Assembly (NCBI GenBank): GCA_963847455.1
Contig: CAWKAG010000012.1
Coordinates: 6,156-70,155, forward strand
Length of the DNA stretch: 64,000 nucleotides
Direction of reading: 5' to 3'
Source: an uncultured Acidimicrobiia bacterium
Lineage (GTDB): Bacteria > Actinomycetota > Acidimicrobiia > Spongiisociales > JAENVV01
The number at the start of each line of letters is the position of its first letter. The first letter of the stretch is position 1. Under the pieces are notes generated by a model that was not told where the DNA came from, did not search any database, and worked only from the letters and a program-made list of their open reading frames with translations. The position numbers and the translations under genes were made by a program. Shown one piece after another: positions 28,439-37,825 of this stretch.

Positions 28439-29613
28439 GCGAAGCCATCCAGACGGGCGAGGACTTGCAGCATGACTTCGTCCGCCCCGCCACCGATTGA
28501 GCCCAAACGAGCGTCGCGCACGTATCGGGAGGTCCAGGTCTCCTCCATATAACCAACGCCCCCATGGAACTGGAGGCACCAGTCTCCAACCTCCCTCGCC
28601 AACCGACCCGACTTGAGTTTGGCGATCGTCGCCATGCGAACCGGGTTCTCCTGGCGCATGTGGGCGGCGGCCAGGGCATAGTTGTAATGGCGCAGTAGGT
28701 CGACCTCGGCGGCCAGTTCAGCGAGTTTGTACTGGATGTACTGATTCTTGATGAGCGGCTTTCCGAACACCTCTCGCTCGTGCAGGTACTGCTTGGTCCG
28801 CTCAAGCGCCAGGTCCATGCCGCCGACGGCCGAGTAGGACGCCCACATTCGCTCCACGACGAACTGAGCCATTTGTTGTTGGAATCCGCTCCCGATCGTA
28901 CCGATCGTGTTGGCAACCGGAACCCGCATGTCGGTGAACGTCAAGAACCCGGTGTCCGAGGCGCGGATGCCGAGCTTGTCGAGTTTCTTTGAGACTTCAA
29001 AGCCCGGGGTGTCGGTCTCGACGATCACCTGGGACATTCCCTCGTATCCGCCCTCGCCTGAGGTCCGTACGAGCACACACAACCAGTCGGCCTGCAGGCT
29101 GTTCGTTATGTACATCTTCGATCCATTGATTACCCACTCATCGCCATCGCGGACCGCCCGGGTTTTGATGCCGGCCACGTCCGATCCGGCGTCTGGTTCG
29201 GTTACCGCCACGCCGCAAACGACATCGCCGCGCAGCGCCGGCGCAAGGAATTGCTCCTTTTGTTCGGCGGTGCCGAAGTTCCCAAGGGAAGGAGTGGCCA
29301 TGTCGGTCTGCACCCCGAGCGCCATGCCGATCGACCCGTTGTGGGCTCGTCCGGCCTCTTCGGCGAGGACGACGGTAAAGAGATGGTCGGCTCCCTGGCC
29401 ACCAAACTCCGGATCGTGTTCAAGTCCGAGGAAGCCCAGGTCACCCATCTGCTTGAAGAGGGTATGGAGCGGCATCATGCCCGCCTCCTCCCACTCTGCT
29501 ACATGCGGATTGATCTCCCGCTCGAAGAATTCACGGACGACCTTTCGGAACTGGTGGTGTTCGTCCGTGAACTGTTTGGCGGGGAGTGGTGTGGTGCTAT
29601 TCCGCGACGTCAT
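28435..29613 (-). CDS. Acyl-CoA dehydrogenase
   Basis: 392 aa. It contains ...CGVAVTEPDAGSDVAGIKTRA... and a C-terminal QFHGGVGYMEETWTSRYVRDARLGSIGGGADEVM. Confidence 0.9.
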   Translation of the reverse strand: MTSRNSTTPLPAKQFTDEHHQFRKVVREFFEREINPHVAEWEEAGMMPLHTLFKQMGDLGFLGLEHDPEFGGQGADHLFTVVLAEEAGRAHNGSIGMALGVQTDMATPSLGNFGTAEQKEQFLAPALRGDVVCGVAVTEPDAGSDVAGIKTRAVRDGDEWVINGSKMYITNSLQADWLCVLVRTSGEGGYEGMSQVIVETDTPGFEVSKKLDKLGIRASDTGFLTFTDMRVPVANTIGTIGSGFQQQMAQFVVERMWASYSAVGGMDLALERTKQYLHEREVFGKPLIKNQYIQYKLAELAAEVDLLRHYNYALAAAHMRQENPVRMATIAKLKSGRLAREVGDWCLQFHGGVGYMEETWTSRYVRDARLGSIGGGADEVMLQVLARLDGFA

Positions 29614-29729
29614 GGGCTGATCCTAGAAGCTGCCTGCACTGCTTCTGCTTCGGAGGTCTCCCTCGATGATCCGGTTTGAATCCTCCCGCTGCAGGGTATG
29701 GTTCGAGCCAATGAGGTCGAGGAGGAGCT

Positions 29730-30080
29730 ATGTCCGAAGAGATTGAGGTTTGTCCAACCGCTGAGCTAACGCCGGGCAAGATTGTCGGTGCTGGCCCGTA
29801 TGCGGTCGGCAACTCCCAGGACGAACTGTTTGGGGTGACCCGTCGCTGTCGGCACCTGCTCGCTGATCTGGCCGATGGCTCAATCGCCTCAGACGGTTGC
29901 CTGGTGTGTCCGTGGCATGGCGCCAAGTACGACGTGGACACCGGTCGGATGGTGCGTGGACCGCAGGGGATCTTCGCCAAGATTCCGTTCCTCGGAACAA
30001 CTTACAAGATCCTCACGACAGTGTTGCCGCTCCGGCGTGGCAAGGTTTCCGAACGGAACGGTACGGTCTACGTCGAGTAG
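29730..30080 (+). CDS. Rieske (2Fe-2S) domain protein
   Basis: CxH...CxxH ligands are present: RRCRHLLADL and LVCPWHGAKYD. The RBS GGAGGAG precedes the ATG. Confidence 0.85.
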   Translation: MSEEIEVCPTAELTPGKIVGAGPYAVGNSQDELFGVTRRCRHLLADLADGSIASDGCLVCPWHGAKYDVDTGRMVRGPQGIFAKIPFLGTTYKILTTVLPLRRGKVSERNGTVYVE

Positions 30081-30184
30081 TTGGGACTGCGCCATGGGCC
30101 ATCGGATGGGTCAACGGATCCGGATTCGGGTGTCATCCGGGTAGTCTTTGGGTTAACCAACTGATCGGGAAGGAGCCCGCACCC

Positions 30185-31228
30185 ATGGGCGTATTCTCCT
30201 CAGACGACCGTGACGGGCATACCCACGTCCTCTACGGCGCTGATGACATAAGCGGCCTCAAGGCCATTGTTGCCATTCACTCGACGGCCCTCGGGCCGGC
30301 CCTCGGTGGAACCCGGTTCTTCCCTTACGAATCCGAAGACGAAGCTCTCCATGACGTGCTTCGCCTGTCGCAAGGGATGACACTCAAGAATGCCGCAGCC
30401 GGACTTGACCACGGCGGCGGGAAGGCCGTCATCATCGGGGATCCGCGGATGATTAAGACGGAGGCGCTCATGCGCGCCTATGGGCGGCTGATCGAGTCGT
30501 TGGGTGGGCGTTACGTGACAGCTGAGGACGTCGGAACCACGGCCCAAGACATGGAGTGGGTAAGTGGCGAGACCAGGTGGGTCACCGGGACCTCGACTGC
30601 TCACGGTGGGTCAGGCGATCCGTCTCCGGCGACCGCGTTGGGGGTCTTTTCTTCACTGGTGGCTGCAGTCGGATACACATTCGGATCCCCGGATCTTGCC
30701 GGTCGGAGAGTGGCCGTGCAAGGCGTAGGCAAGGTCGGCCATGCGTACGTAGGCCTGCTCGTCGCAGCCGGAGCCGAGGTACTCGTGGCCGACGTGTGGG
30801 AACCGGCGGTCGATCGAGTGGTGGAAGACTTCGGGGTGAAGGCGGTTCCTCATGAGGAGATCCTGTTTGCCGATGTTGATGTCGTCTCTCCCTGTGCGAT
30901 GGGCGAGGTGCTCAACGCCGACACGATTGGACGGCTGCATTGCCGACTTGTGGTCGGTTCGGCGAACAACCAGCTCGCCCACGATGAGGACGCGGATCGT
31001 CTTCTCGCTAGGGACATTGTCTATGTCCCCGACTTCGTAGCGAACGCCGGCGGCGTTATCAATGTCGCCGACGAGCTACACGGCTATGACGCGGAGCGGG
31101 TGATGCGCAGGGTGCGAGGCCTCGGTGAGCGCACGAAAAAGGTCCTCGAATCTGCGAGGACCCTGTCGATCACCCCGAATGAAGCGGCCATCCGAATGGC
31201 CATGGCCCGGATTGAAGCAGCCAGCTAG
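30185..31228 (+). CDS. Leu/Val/Phe (Glu/Leu/Phe/Val family) amino-acid dehydrogenase
   Basis: ORF 29897-31228, trimmed to ATG 30185, which is preceded by GGAAGGAG. Motifs: GPALGGTRFFPY, catalytic Lys context LDHGGGKAVIIGDP, and Rossmann VAVQGVGKVG. Confidence 0.85.
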   Translation: MGVFSSDDRDGHTHVLYGADDISGLKAIVAIHSTALGPALGGTRFFPYESEDEALHDVLRLSQGMTLKNAAAGLDHGGGKAVIIGDPRMIKTEALMRAYGRLIESLGGRYVTAEDVGTTAQDMEWVSGETRWVTGTSTAHGGSGDPSPATALGVFSSLVAAVGYTFGSPDLAGRRVAVQGVGKVGHAYVGLLVAAGAEVLVADVWEPAVDRVVEDFGVKAVPHEEILFADVDVVSPCAMGEVLNADTIGRLHCRLVVGSANNQLAHDEDADRLLARDIVYVPDFVANAGGVINVADELHGYDAERVMRRVRGLGERTKKVLESARTLSITPNEAAIRMAMARIEAAS

Positions 31229-31265
31229 AGCGGGGCGCCAATGGGTCGGGTTGAGAACCCTGCCG

Positions 31266-31523
31266 TCATGAAGGCGGGGTTTCGTTCCGATCTTCGATGG
31301 TCATGAGTGACTCCCGGCATTCCTCGACAAGGTCGGGATCCTCCGTGGCGTCATCGGCAACCTGATTGAGCGCAGCCGCTGCCTCGGGTTGATCAGAAGC
31401 GCCGAGATCCATCGCCGCGTCGTGGCGGTCGCCGAAAGGGGCCTTGCGGTCAAGCAAAACCGAGATCAGGCCAGCTGGCTGATGTGAGTCCTTGCCTGGT
31501 CCCAGTCGTCGATTCCTTGGCAT
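31266..31523 (-). CDS. Hypothetical small acidic protein
   Basis: Part of ORF 31266-31667, trimmed to MPRNRRLG... so that it does not overlap the rhodanese start. No recognisable family, so support is weak. Confidence 0.3.
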   Translation of the reverse strand: MPRNRRLGPGKDSHQPAGLISVLLDRKAPFGDRHDAAMDLGASDQPEAAAALNQVADDATEDPDLVEECRESLMTIEDRNETPPS

Positions 31524-31598
31524 GGTTGCGACTCTAGCTCCCGATGGTGGTGGCCTCTTAAGCCGATGCCACGACTGCGCGCCCCCTAACATGATCGG

Positions 31599-32006
31599 GT
31601 GCCAGACATCGACTCCAACCCGGTGACGGCTGTTCCGCCGGCTAGCCACGAAGATGCCCTCGCCCATTTCAAGTCCCTATTGACGTTTGAGACAGATTGC
31701 TGGGATGTGCATGAGGCCAGCAGCACTCGTGAGGAGAAGGGTTTTGTGCTGCTCGATGTGCGGAGTCCGGCATTGTTCGATTCCGGGCACATTCCAGGAG
31801 CGGTCAACCTCCCGCACGGGCGAATCTCTGACCGGAATCTTGCCGAGTATCAACCCGGCACGGTCTTCGTGGTCTACTGCGCCGGACCGCATTGCAATGG
31901 CGCGGACCGCGCCGCGATTCGGCTCGCTCGGCTCGGTCGGCCCGTCAAGAAGATGGTCGGTGGAGTCGAAGGCTGGAAGGACGAGGGGTTCTCGCTGGCG
32001 CGGTGA
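31599..32006 (+). CDS. Rhodanese-domain sulfurtransferase
   Basis: GTG start. It contains LLDVRSPALFDSGHIPGAVNLP and the active-site loop VVYCAGPHCNGADRAA. Confidence 0.85.
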   Translation: MPDIDSNPVTAVPPASHEDALAHFKSLLTFETDCWDVHEASSTREEKGFVLLDVRSPALFDSGHIPGAVNLPHGRISDRNLAEYQPGTVFVVYCAGPHCNGADRAAIRLARLGRPVKKMVGGVEGWKDEGFSLAR

Positions 32007-32105
32007 CGGAGACAGCATCGCCTAGCCTCTTCCGCCTGTGGTTGGCGCATAACGGTTTATCACAGCGGCTCGCCTCTTCAAGACAATCAGAATGCGCCTC
32101 GGCGC

Positions 32106-32552
32106 ATGCGCGACCACCAGGTTTACCACCAGACCGATCATGGTTGGCCAGACCTTGCGTATCACTACGTCGTTGATCGCAATGGGCACGTCTATGAAGG
32201 TCGTCCGGTTTGGGCGGTCGGCGACTCCAACACTGATTACGACCCGACCGGTCATTTTCTGATTTGTTGTGAGGGTGAGTTCAACGATCAGGTTCCAACC
32301 AAAGACCAACTTGACGCCGCCGCCGGACTGGCTGCCTGGGCTTCGGCCAGTCACGGCGTCGGCCTGGATACGGTCAAGGGCCATCGGGACATGGCCAGCA
32401 CGTCATGTCCCGGGGATACACTCTATGCGGAGTTGGATGCGGTCGTCGCCCGGGCGCATCGCTTGTGCGATGGCCCGGGTGTTGACCTCTTGTTTCTGGA
32501 CGACCAATCCGCACTCGGCCTGGTGGCCGACATCGAAAATGGCCGGGTTTAA
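32106..32552 (+). CDS. N-acetylmuramoyl-L-alanine amidase (Amidase_2/PGRP domain); true 5' end unresolved
   Basis: GWPDLAYHYVVDRNGHVYEGR...GHFLICCEGEF...VKGHRDMASTSCPG. The conserved first motif (WRITVYHSGSP, carrying the first Zn-ligand His) lies in the same frame upstream of the first ATG (32043-32075). No canonical start codon precedes it. Confidence 0.75.
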   Translation: MRDHQVYHQTDHGWPDLAYHYVVDRNGHVYEGRPVWAVGDSNTDYDPTGHFLICCEGEFNDQVPTKDQLDAAAGLAAWASASHGVGLDTVKGHRDMASTSCPGDTLYAELDAVVARAHRLCDGPGVDLLFLDDQSALGLVADIENGRV

Positions 32553-32558
32553 GCGAAC

Positions 32559-33476
32559 CTATCGGGGGGTAGCCGGATCGGTCTCGCCGTATACATCGGG
32601 GCTGTTCTCATAGGCGCTGGCTTCCAAGGCAAGGGCCTTGGAGCGAACCTCCGCCAGTCCCGCTTCGTCGAGCATGATGATCTCTATGAGTTCGAGTTCC
32701 TCCTGTGTGGCGTCGTTGTCGCGGAACCCGACCTTTATGTTGCCGACGCCTTCGGCGTAGTACTTGAGCTGCACGCCGAGGTCACGTTCGTCGAGCGCCC
32801 ATTCGGCGATGATGAGCGTGTTCGGATAGCAACCGGTCGCCACGCATGTCTCGCCGCCGAGGGTGTCGATCTGGCCCCGGTCGGTCCATTCGACGGCTGG
32901 CCCCCATCCTTGGGCGTAGCTAGGCGTTCCTGTTTGTGGATCCGCCTTCATGATGTATCCGGCCTGAGCGCCTTCCAATCCGGCCAGCCATGCCGGGGCC
33001 AGCACCATTTCGCCTTCTTCGTACTCTTCGGGGTACTCCCCAAGATGCCACACGTTGCCGTCGTCGTCCTGCGCGAAAAACGCCAACTCTGCTTCGACAA
33101 GTTCGCCGTCGCTATAGTCCTCGTCCCAGCGGACCACTACCGGAACCCCATCAATCGTCTTGGTCAGGTCGGTAACGGTGAACACGATGCGATGATGGAC
33201 CTCTTCGCCCTCATCCATGGTGTTGCCCTCGAAGACCAGTTGGGTACCCGGGGTGAGCGGAAACCACGGATTGTCGACATTCAGCGGATCGCTGAACGTC
33301 GCCGTCCCGATATCGGGTAGATCTTCTCCCTCATCGGGGATGTCAACAGTGTCGGTTCCGCCGGTCGTTGTTTCGGTCGACGTTCCAGTATCCGGTACTG
33401 GATCGGCTTCTCCGCCACATCCAGCCAAGACCAGCACCATGCCCACCGCTATTAAGACAAAACGTACAAGTTTCAT
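32559..33476 (-). CDS. Lipoprotein of unknown function
   Basis: The signal peptide plus lipobox reads MKLVRFVLIAVGMVLVLAGCGGE. The mature part is acidic, and I recognised no family. Confidence 0.65.
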   Translation of the reverse strand: MKLVRFVLIAVGMVLVLAGCGGEADPVPDTGTSTETTTGGTDTVDIPDEGEDLPDIGTATFSDPLNVDNPWFPLTPGTQLVFEGNTMDEGEEVHHRIVFTVTDLTKTIDGVPVVVRWDEDYSDGELVEAELAFFAQDDDGNVWHLGEYPEEYEEGEMVLAPAWLAGLEGAQAGYIMKADPQTGTPSYAQGWGPAVEWTDRGQIDTLGGETCVATGCYPNTLIIAEWALDERDLGVQLKYYAEGVGNIKVGFRDNDATQEELELIEIIMLDEAGLAEVRSKALALEASAYENSPDVYGETDPATPR

Positions 33477-33632
33477 CAGTCCCTCCCTTTGTTCCTCGGA
33501 GCTTATCTGACTCGACCACTATCTGCGCGATGGATCTCGTACATTTCTCGACGAATTCGAGTTCCTCAACTGTTCACCTGGTTCGGGGAAGGTAGGCGGA
33601 AGTCCCGTGGTTGAATCGGATGGAGGTAGTAA

Positions 33633-34214
33633 ATGAGAAAACTATTGAAGCGCCCGTCCGTTCGCTGGGTGATAGGAATTGGGTTTGTCGCCGGGTTGGC
33701 GGCCGCCTGGTATTTGATCTCGCCATTGTTCATCACCAATGAGGTCGATGATGCGTTCCCCATGGCCGCCACGGCTCAAGTTCCCGATGACATGACCCGC
33801 GCCGAGGTGGAAGCCGAGATGGTTAAAGCGGCGGATTCGCCTTCGGTCGAGGCCACCGATGCGATGCCGGCGGAGACGCCTACGGTGCTCGCCACTGGCA
33901 CGTTTATGGACGCGGACAACTTCCACAAGGGCAGTGGCACTGCGACGCTCTACACACTGGCCGACGGATCGAACGTTGTGCGCCTTGAGGACTTCGAGGT
34001 CACCAATGGCCCCGACTTGCATGTACTGCTCTCAACCAGTGACGATCCGGCCGCCGACCTCGGTGAATACGTTGACCTCGGTTCACTGAAGGGGAATGTC
34101 GGCAACCAGAATTATGAGATTCCAGCCGGTGTAGACGTCTCTCTCTATCAGTCGGTGATCATCTACTGCGAGCCGTTCCATGTGTTGTTCGCGAGTGCGA
34201 TTCTCTCCGGTTAG
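33633..34214 (+). CDS. DM13 domain protein
   Basis: An N-terminal TM anchor is followed by GTFMDADNFHKGSGTATLYTLADGSNVVRLEDFEVTNGPDLHVLL...YQSVIIYCEPFHVLFASA, a DM13 pattern. Confidence 0.8.
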   Translation: MRKLLKRPSVRWVIGIGFVAGLAAAWYLISPLFITNEVDDAFPMAATAQVPDDMTRAEVEAEMVKAADSPSVEATDAMPAETPTVLATGTFMDADNFHKGSGTATLYTLADGSNVVRLEDFEVTNGPDLHVLLSTSDDPAADLGEYVDLGSLKGNVGNQNYEIPAGVDVSLYQSVIIYCEPFHVLFASAILSG

Positions 34215-34654
34215 CTCTGTTGTGCTGATTTGGCGGTGGCGATGAAAGACTCCATCGACATGGAGGCGATGGCATCTCCGACGACTTCCAGGGGTAATTC
34301 GTCTAGGCGCCGAAACCGCACGCAGCTCTTGCCACAGTCATAACGTTTCCCGGTGGCCGCGTATGCTGCCTCGAACCTGGCGCGGTGAGAATCCGAACCG
34401 TAGATAGCCGACAGGTAGACCGCCATATGGTTCTTCTGGTTGGCCAAGGCGGCGTACATCAGTGGCTGCTTGTTGTAGGTGTCCGGGTAGGTCTCAAGCG
34501 GAACGACGTAACTGATCATCCCGAAGCCCATCGTTTCTTCGTAACCTTCCGGCAACCGCCTGAGAATCTCGTCTCGGACCGTCTCTATGGCCTCACGGCG
34601 ATCAGGTGGCAATTCGGCCAGATAGGCGGACACTGATGTTGCTGCCGACTTCAT
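34211..34654 (-). CDS. DUF1801 (YdhG-like) domain protein
   Basis: SVSAYLAELPPDRREAIETVRDEILRRLPEGYEE...KNHMAVYL is a typical DUF1801 pattern. Confidence 0.75.
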   Translation of the reverse strand: MKSAATSVSAYLAELPPDRREAIETVRDEILRRLPEGYEETMGFGMISYVVPLETYPDTYNKQPLMYAALANQKNHMAVYLSAIYGSDSHRARFEAAYAATGKRYDCGKSCVRFRRLDELPLEVVGDAIASMSMESFIATAKSAQQS

Positions 34655-34663
34655 GAGTCGACA

Positions 34664-35827
34664 CTACGCCGGTCGCGGCAGCCCACGCAACCGAACGACG
34701 CCCACCAGGGCTGCTGCAATCAGGAGACTCACGCCGGTAACCGTCCACGCGGTCTGGTAGGAGCGATTCTCGATGAGCCAACCGAACAGGGCCGGTCCGG
34801 CGCCCGCCCCGACGAAGATGCCCGCCTGCGTGATGGCCGTAGACCCGGCTGGTCGACCGGCATTGGCTCGGACCACTCCATAGGTGAGCAGTCCTGGCCA
34901 TGCCCACCCGGTCGCGAAAGCCGCCAGGGTGACGATCGCGAACCAGGTGGAACGGGTGGTTCCGAGAATGAAGAAGCAGATCGCACCGAGGCTTGCGAGC
35001 CAGATCATGAATCCAAGCCCGCTTGCGCCTGAACGGTCGGCAAGGAAGCCGTAGGTTGCCCTGGCGACGATGGTTGTCAATGAGGCCGCCGCCAAGAGGG
35101 TCCCCGCATCTGCCTCGGAAAAGCCATACGTGATTGCCGCGTCAACGTGGAACGTTCCGAGAATACCGGCTGCCAGCGTGGCGAAGCCGCTCCCAAGACC
35201 GAGAACCGCCAGCCATCGAGAAGTCATCTTCCCGGGCGGCGCAGAGCCAATAAATTCGAACGTGCGGCCACGATCGGCCGGTATGAGCCAGAAAACCCCG
35301 ACCGCGATCACCGCTCCGAGCGCATAGGCCCAACGCCATCCGAGGGTGAGTATGACCGCCGGAACGGCGATCCCGGCCAGCAAACTGGCCGTCGGTATGC
35401 CGGCATGCTTCAGCCCGAACACCAGGCCTCGTCGGTCCTCGGGAATGTGTCGGGCTAGCGCCAGGTTGGCGGCGGGATTGGCGGCGCCATATATCGCCGC
35501 AGTCGCAGCGAGTACGAGCCCCAGCGACCAGATATTGCGCACCGCGGTGGCGATCATCATCAGCATGAAGGCGGCGGCGACGGCATTGAAGCGCATCGTC
35601 CGGCGCCAGCCGATCCGTTCGACGAGACTCCCAACGCGCGAAGAGGATACGGCTGCTGTCAGGAAGTAGATCGAGGTGAGGAGTCCAAGTTCTTGAGCTC
35701 CGTAGCCGAGGTCAGGTCCGGCCTGAGCGATGGCGGCGGCCGTGATGAAGGCCGGCAGTGTCGAAACGGTCACCACCAGAACTGCGCTGGCGATGAGGCG
35801 CCAATCGAGGGCGGATACAGCTGTCAC
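34664..35827 (-). CDS. MFS transporter
   Basis: GTG start, 387 aa, about 12 hydrophobic helices, with a GSLVERIGWRR-type loop motif. Confidence 0.85.
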   Translation of the reverse strand: MTAVSALDWRLIASAVLVVTVSTLPAFITAAAIAQAGPDLGYGAQELGLLTSIYFLTAAVSSSRVGSLVERIGWRRTMRFNAVAAAFMLMMIATAVRNIWSLGLVLAATAAIYGAANPAANLALARHIPEDRRGLVFGLKHAGIPTASLLAGIAVPAVILTLGWRWAYALGAVIAVGVFWLIPADRGRTFEFIGSAPPGKMTSRWLAVLGLGSGFATLAAGILGTFHVDAAITYGFSEADAGTLLAAASLTTIVARATYGFLADRSGASGLGFMIWLASLGAICFFILGTTRSTWFAIVTLAAFATGWAWPGLLTYGVVRANAGRPAGSTAITQAGIFVGAGAGPALFGWLIENRSYQTAWTVTGVSLLIAAALVGVVRLRGLPRPA

Positions 35828-35927
35828 TTCGATAGTCTCGCCGGAAGGGGGCGGGAAGCCGAATTTGTCCGGTTGTGGCTGTCTGGAGGTCCCCCAGATC
35901 AGCCTTGACGGCCGGTAGCCTGCCGAC

Positions 35928-36941
35928 GTGTCCCTTTTCCGGGCCTTGACGGCCCTGCTTGTTTGTGTGCTAATCGCGGCGTCTTTGCCGACCGTTCTGG
36001 TGGCGAACGCCGAAACAGAACTTGAAAAAGCGGAGCGCCTGGCGGCTGAGACCCAACGAAGTAGGAACGTTGCCGAGTCGGCCTATGTCACTGATCGGGC
36101 AACCGCCTCCGACCTCGAGATACGCCTCAGCGTGACGTTGGAGACGTACCAACGGGTCAACGCTGAGCTGGAGACGCTCGGTTTGCAGCTGGCCGGGGAG
36201 CGAGCCGACATGGACGTGATCCGCGCAGAAGTAATCGCGCTGGACAACGAAGCTCAAGAGAGGGCAGTCGGTGCCTACATTCGGAGTCTGGCGGCACCTG
36301 GGAGCTCGATGTTTCTCACTGGCACGTTTGAATCATTGTCCGTCGCCAATGAGACGATCAAACGAGCCACCGAACTCGATGAGAGTCTGTTTGAGCAACT
36401 GGACAGCCGGCGGGCGGATCTGGCTGAGCATACGATTGAGTTGCAGTCAGCGTTGGATGAGCTCGCAGCCCTGAACGATGAGCTCGCTGCCGCTCGCATC
36501 GAGCTCGACGAACTATTCACTCTCGCCGACGCCCGGGTAGCCGAGGCCTTTCGAAATCTAGAAGCCGCCGATGAGGAATACCGGGCGGCTCAGGCCGACC
36601 TGAAGGAAGCCCAAGCCAAGTATCGGTGGACGGGATCGGTTGAACAGTGGCGGTGGTTGGTCGAGACGTACTTTCCGGCTGATCGGGTTGATGAGGCGCT
36701 GCGGGTGATGGCTTGTGAATCGCGCGGAAACCCCAATGCCAAGAACCCCAGCTCGAGTGCCACCGGTCTGTTTCAGTTCCTTGATGGCACCTGGGCATGG
36801 ATGAGCGTGATGTCTGGCTGGGGTGGCTATTCACGTCTCGATCCCGAAGCTAATACCGCCGTAGCGGCATATCTCATGAACTTCTCGATTCGAAGCGGCC
36901 ACCCGGGCGGAGCCTGGGGTCACTGGGAGTGCAAACCCTAA
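35928..36941 (+). CDS. Secreted coiled-coil protein with C-terminal SLT/lysozyme-like domain
   Basis: GTG start. It has a signal peptide, about 220 aa of heptad-rich Ala/Glu/Leu sequence, then ALRVMACESRGNPNAKNPSSSATGLFQFLDGTW (ES...GLxQ). Confidence 0.7.
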   Translation: MSLFRALTALLVCVLIAASLPTVLVANAETELEKAERLAAETQRSRNVAESAYVTDRATASDLEIRLSVTLETYQRVNAELETLGLQLAGERADMDVIRAEVIALDNEAQERAVGAYIRSLAAPGSSMFLTGTFESLSVANETIKRATELDESLFEQLDSRRADLAEHTIELQSALDELAALNDELAAARIELDELFTLADARVAEAFRNLEAADEEYRAAQADLKEAQAKYRWTGSVEQWRWLVETYFPADRVDEALRVMACESRGNPNAKNPSSSATGLFQFLDGTWAWMSVMSGWGGYSRLDPEANTAVAAYLMNFSIRSGHPGGAWGHWECKP

Positions 36942-37825
36942 GCCAGGGCCGCCGCCGGATCACGCTCAAATGACTTTTGGCATCCAGCTGCGCAGAAGTA
37001 GTACGTCGCACCGTGCCATTCGGTCGTGAATGCGGCTGCTGCAACATCAACCGTCATCTGACATATCGGGTCGATGGCGGTTTCCGGAGCATCAGTCTCG
37101 ACCACCTGGGCGCCGGCACCGGACGCCTTGAGCGCGACCAATTCGGCGAGGATGGCCACGGCGATCTCTTCATGTTCTGTTGAGCCAAGGTTGATCCCGG
37201 CAGGTGCCCGTAATCGGGATAGCTGCTCGTCGGTCAACCCCCGATCACTAAGCCATTCCCGAACGGACGAGGCCCGTTTTTCAGAAGCAACCAGTCCGAT
37301 GTATCCGGCTCTGGTCATCAAGGCGCGTTCGAGTTCTGGCTCGTCAGCATGCCCCTGCGTAGCAATCACGACGTACGAGCGATCGCTGACTTCTTCGCCC
37401 TCGAGAGATTCGACCAGGCGACCACGCCACCCCATCACATCGGCCAAGCCAGCAAGACGCGCACACATGGGGGAGTTCCCAACGATGACGACTTCCGGGG
37501 TGATCAAGATCGGTTCCACATATACCTCCATTGCACCTTCGCTGGCACAGGCCATTGCGACAGTCGTTACCCCGTGGCGGTGGTCTTCGTCACCAATAAC
37601 CAGAAGGCGGGGGTGACCGTCGGCCAGTGCATCAAGTGCTTGGCGGACCACGGTTGGCCTTGCGCAGGCGCCACCGAGCCAGCCTTCGACCCGTCCATCG
37701 GGGTGAATGATCGCCTTCGAGCCACGTTTGCCGGAGGACGGTCCTCGTCGCCACGTCACCGTCGCCAGGACAAACGGGCGGCCCTCTTCAATGAGGTGAG
37801 CCGCCCGAATGAGCGTGGTTTGCAT
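36938..37825 (-). CDS. XdhC/CoxI-family maturation protein fused to a C-terminal YHS domain
   Basis: The N-terminus is an XdhC pattern (FVLATVTWRRGPSSGKRGSKAIIHPDGRVEGWLGGAC). The C-terminus IDPICQMTVDVAAAAFTTEWHGATYYFCAAGCQKSFERDP matches the YHS/TRASH pattern. It overlaps the coxL stop as TGATG. Confidence 0.8.
   Translation of the reverse strand: MQTTLIRAAHLIEEGRPFVLATVTWRRGPSSGKRGSKAIIHPDGRVEGWLGGACARPTVVRQALDALADGHPRLLVIGDEDHRHGVTTVAMACASEGAMEVYVEPILITPEVVIVGNSPMCARLAGLADVMGWRGRLVESLEGEEVSDRSYVVIATQGHADEPELERALMTRAGYIGLVASEKRASSVREWLSDRGLTDEQLSRLRAPAGINLGSTEHEEIAVAILAELVALKASGAGAQVVETDAPETAIDPICQMTVDVAAAAFTTEWHGATYYFCAAGCQKSFERDPAAALA

Noticed and set aside
29676-29720. tRNA-like T-loop strings (GGTTTGAATCC, GGTTCGAGCC) in the ACAD/Rieske intergenic region.
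   Set aside because: The flanking bases do not form T-stems, and no acceptor or anticodon arms can be drawn. The spacer is a divergent promoter region.
32004-32006. A TGA read-through or selenocysteine codon fusing the rhodanese and amidase ORFs, which are in the same frame.
   Set aside because: No SECIS-like hairpin is evident downstream. The about 12 linker codons look non-coding. I know of no rhodanese-amidase_2 fusion. An indel or start problem is the simpler explanation.
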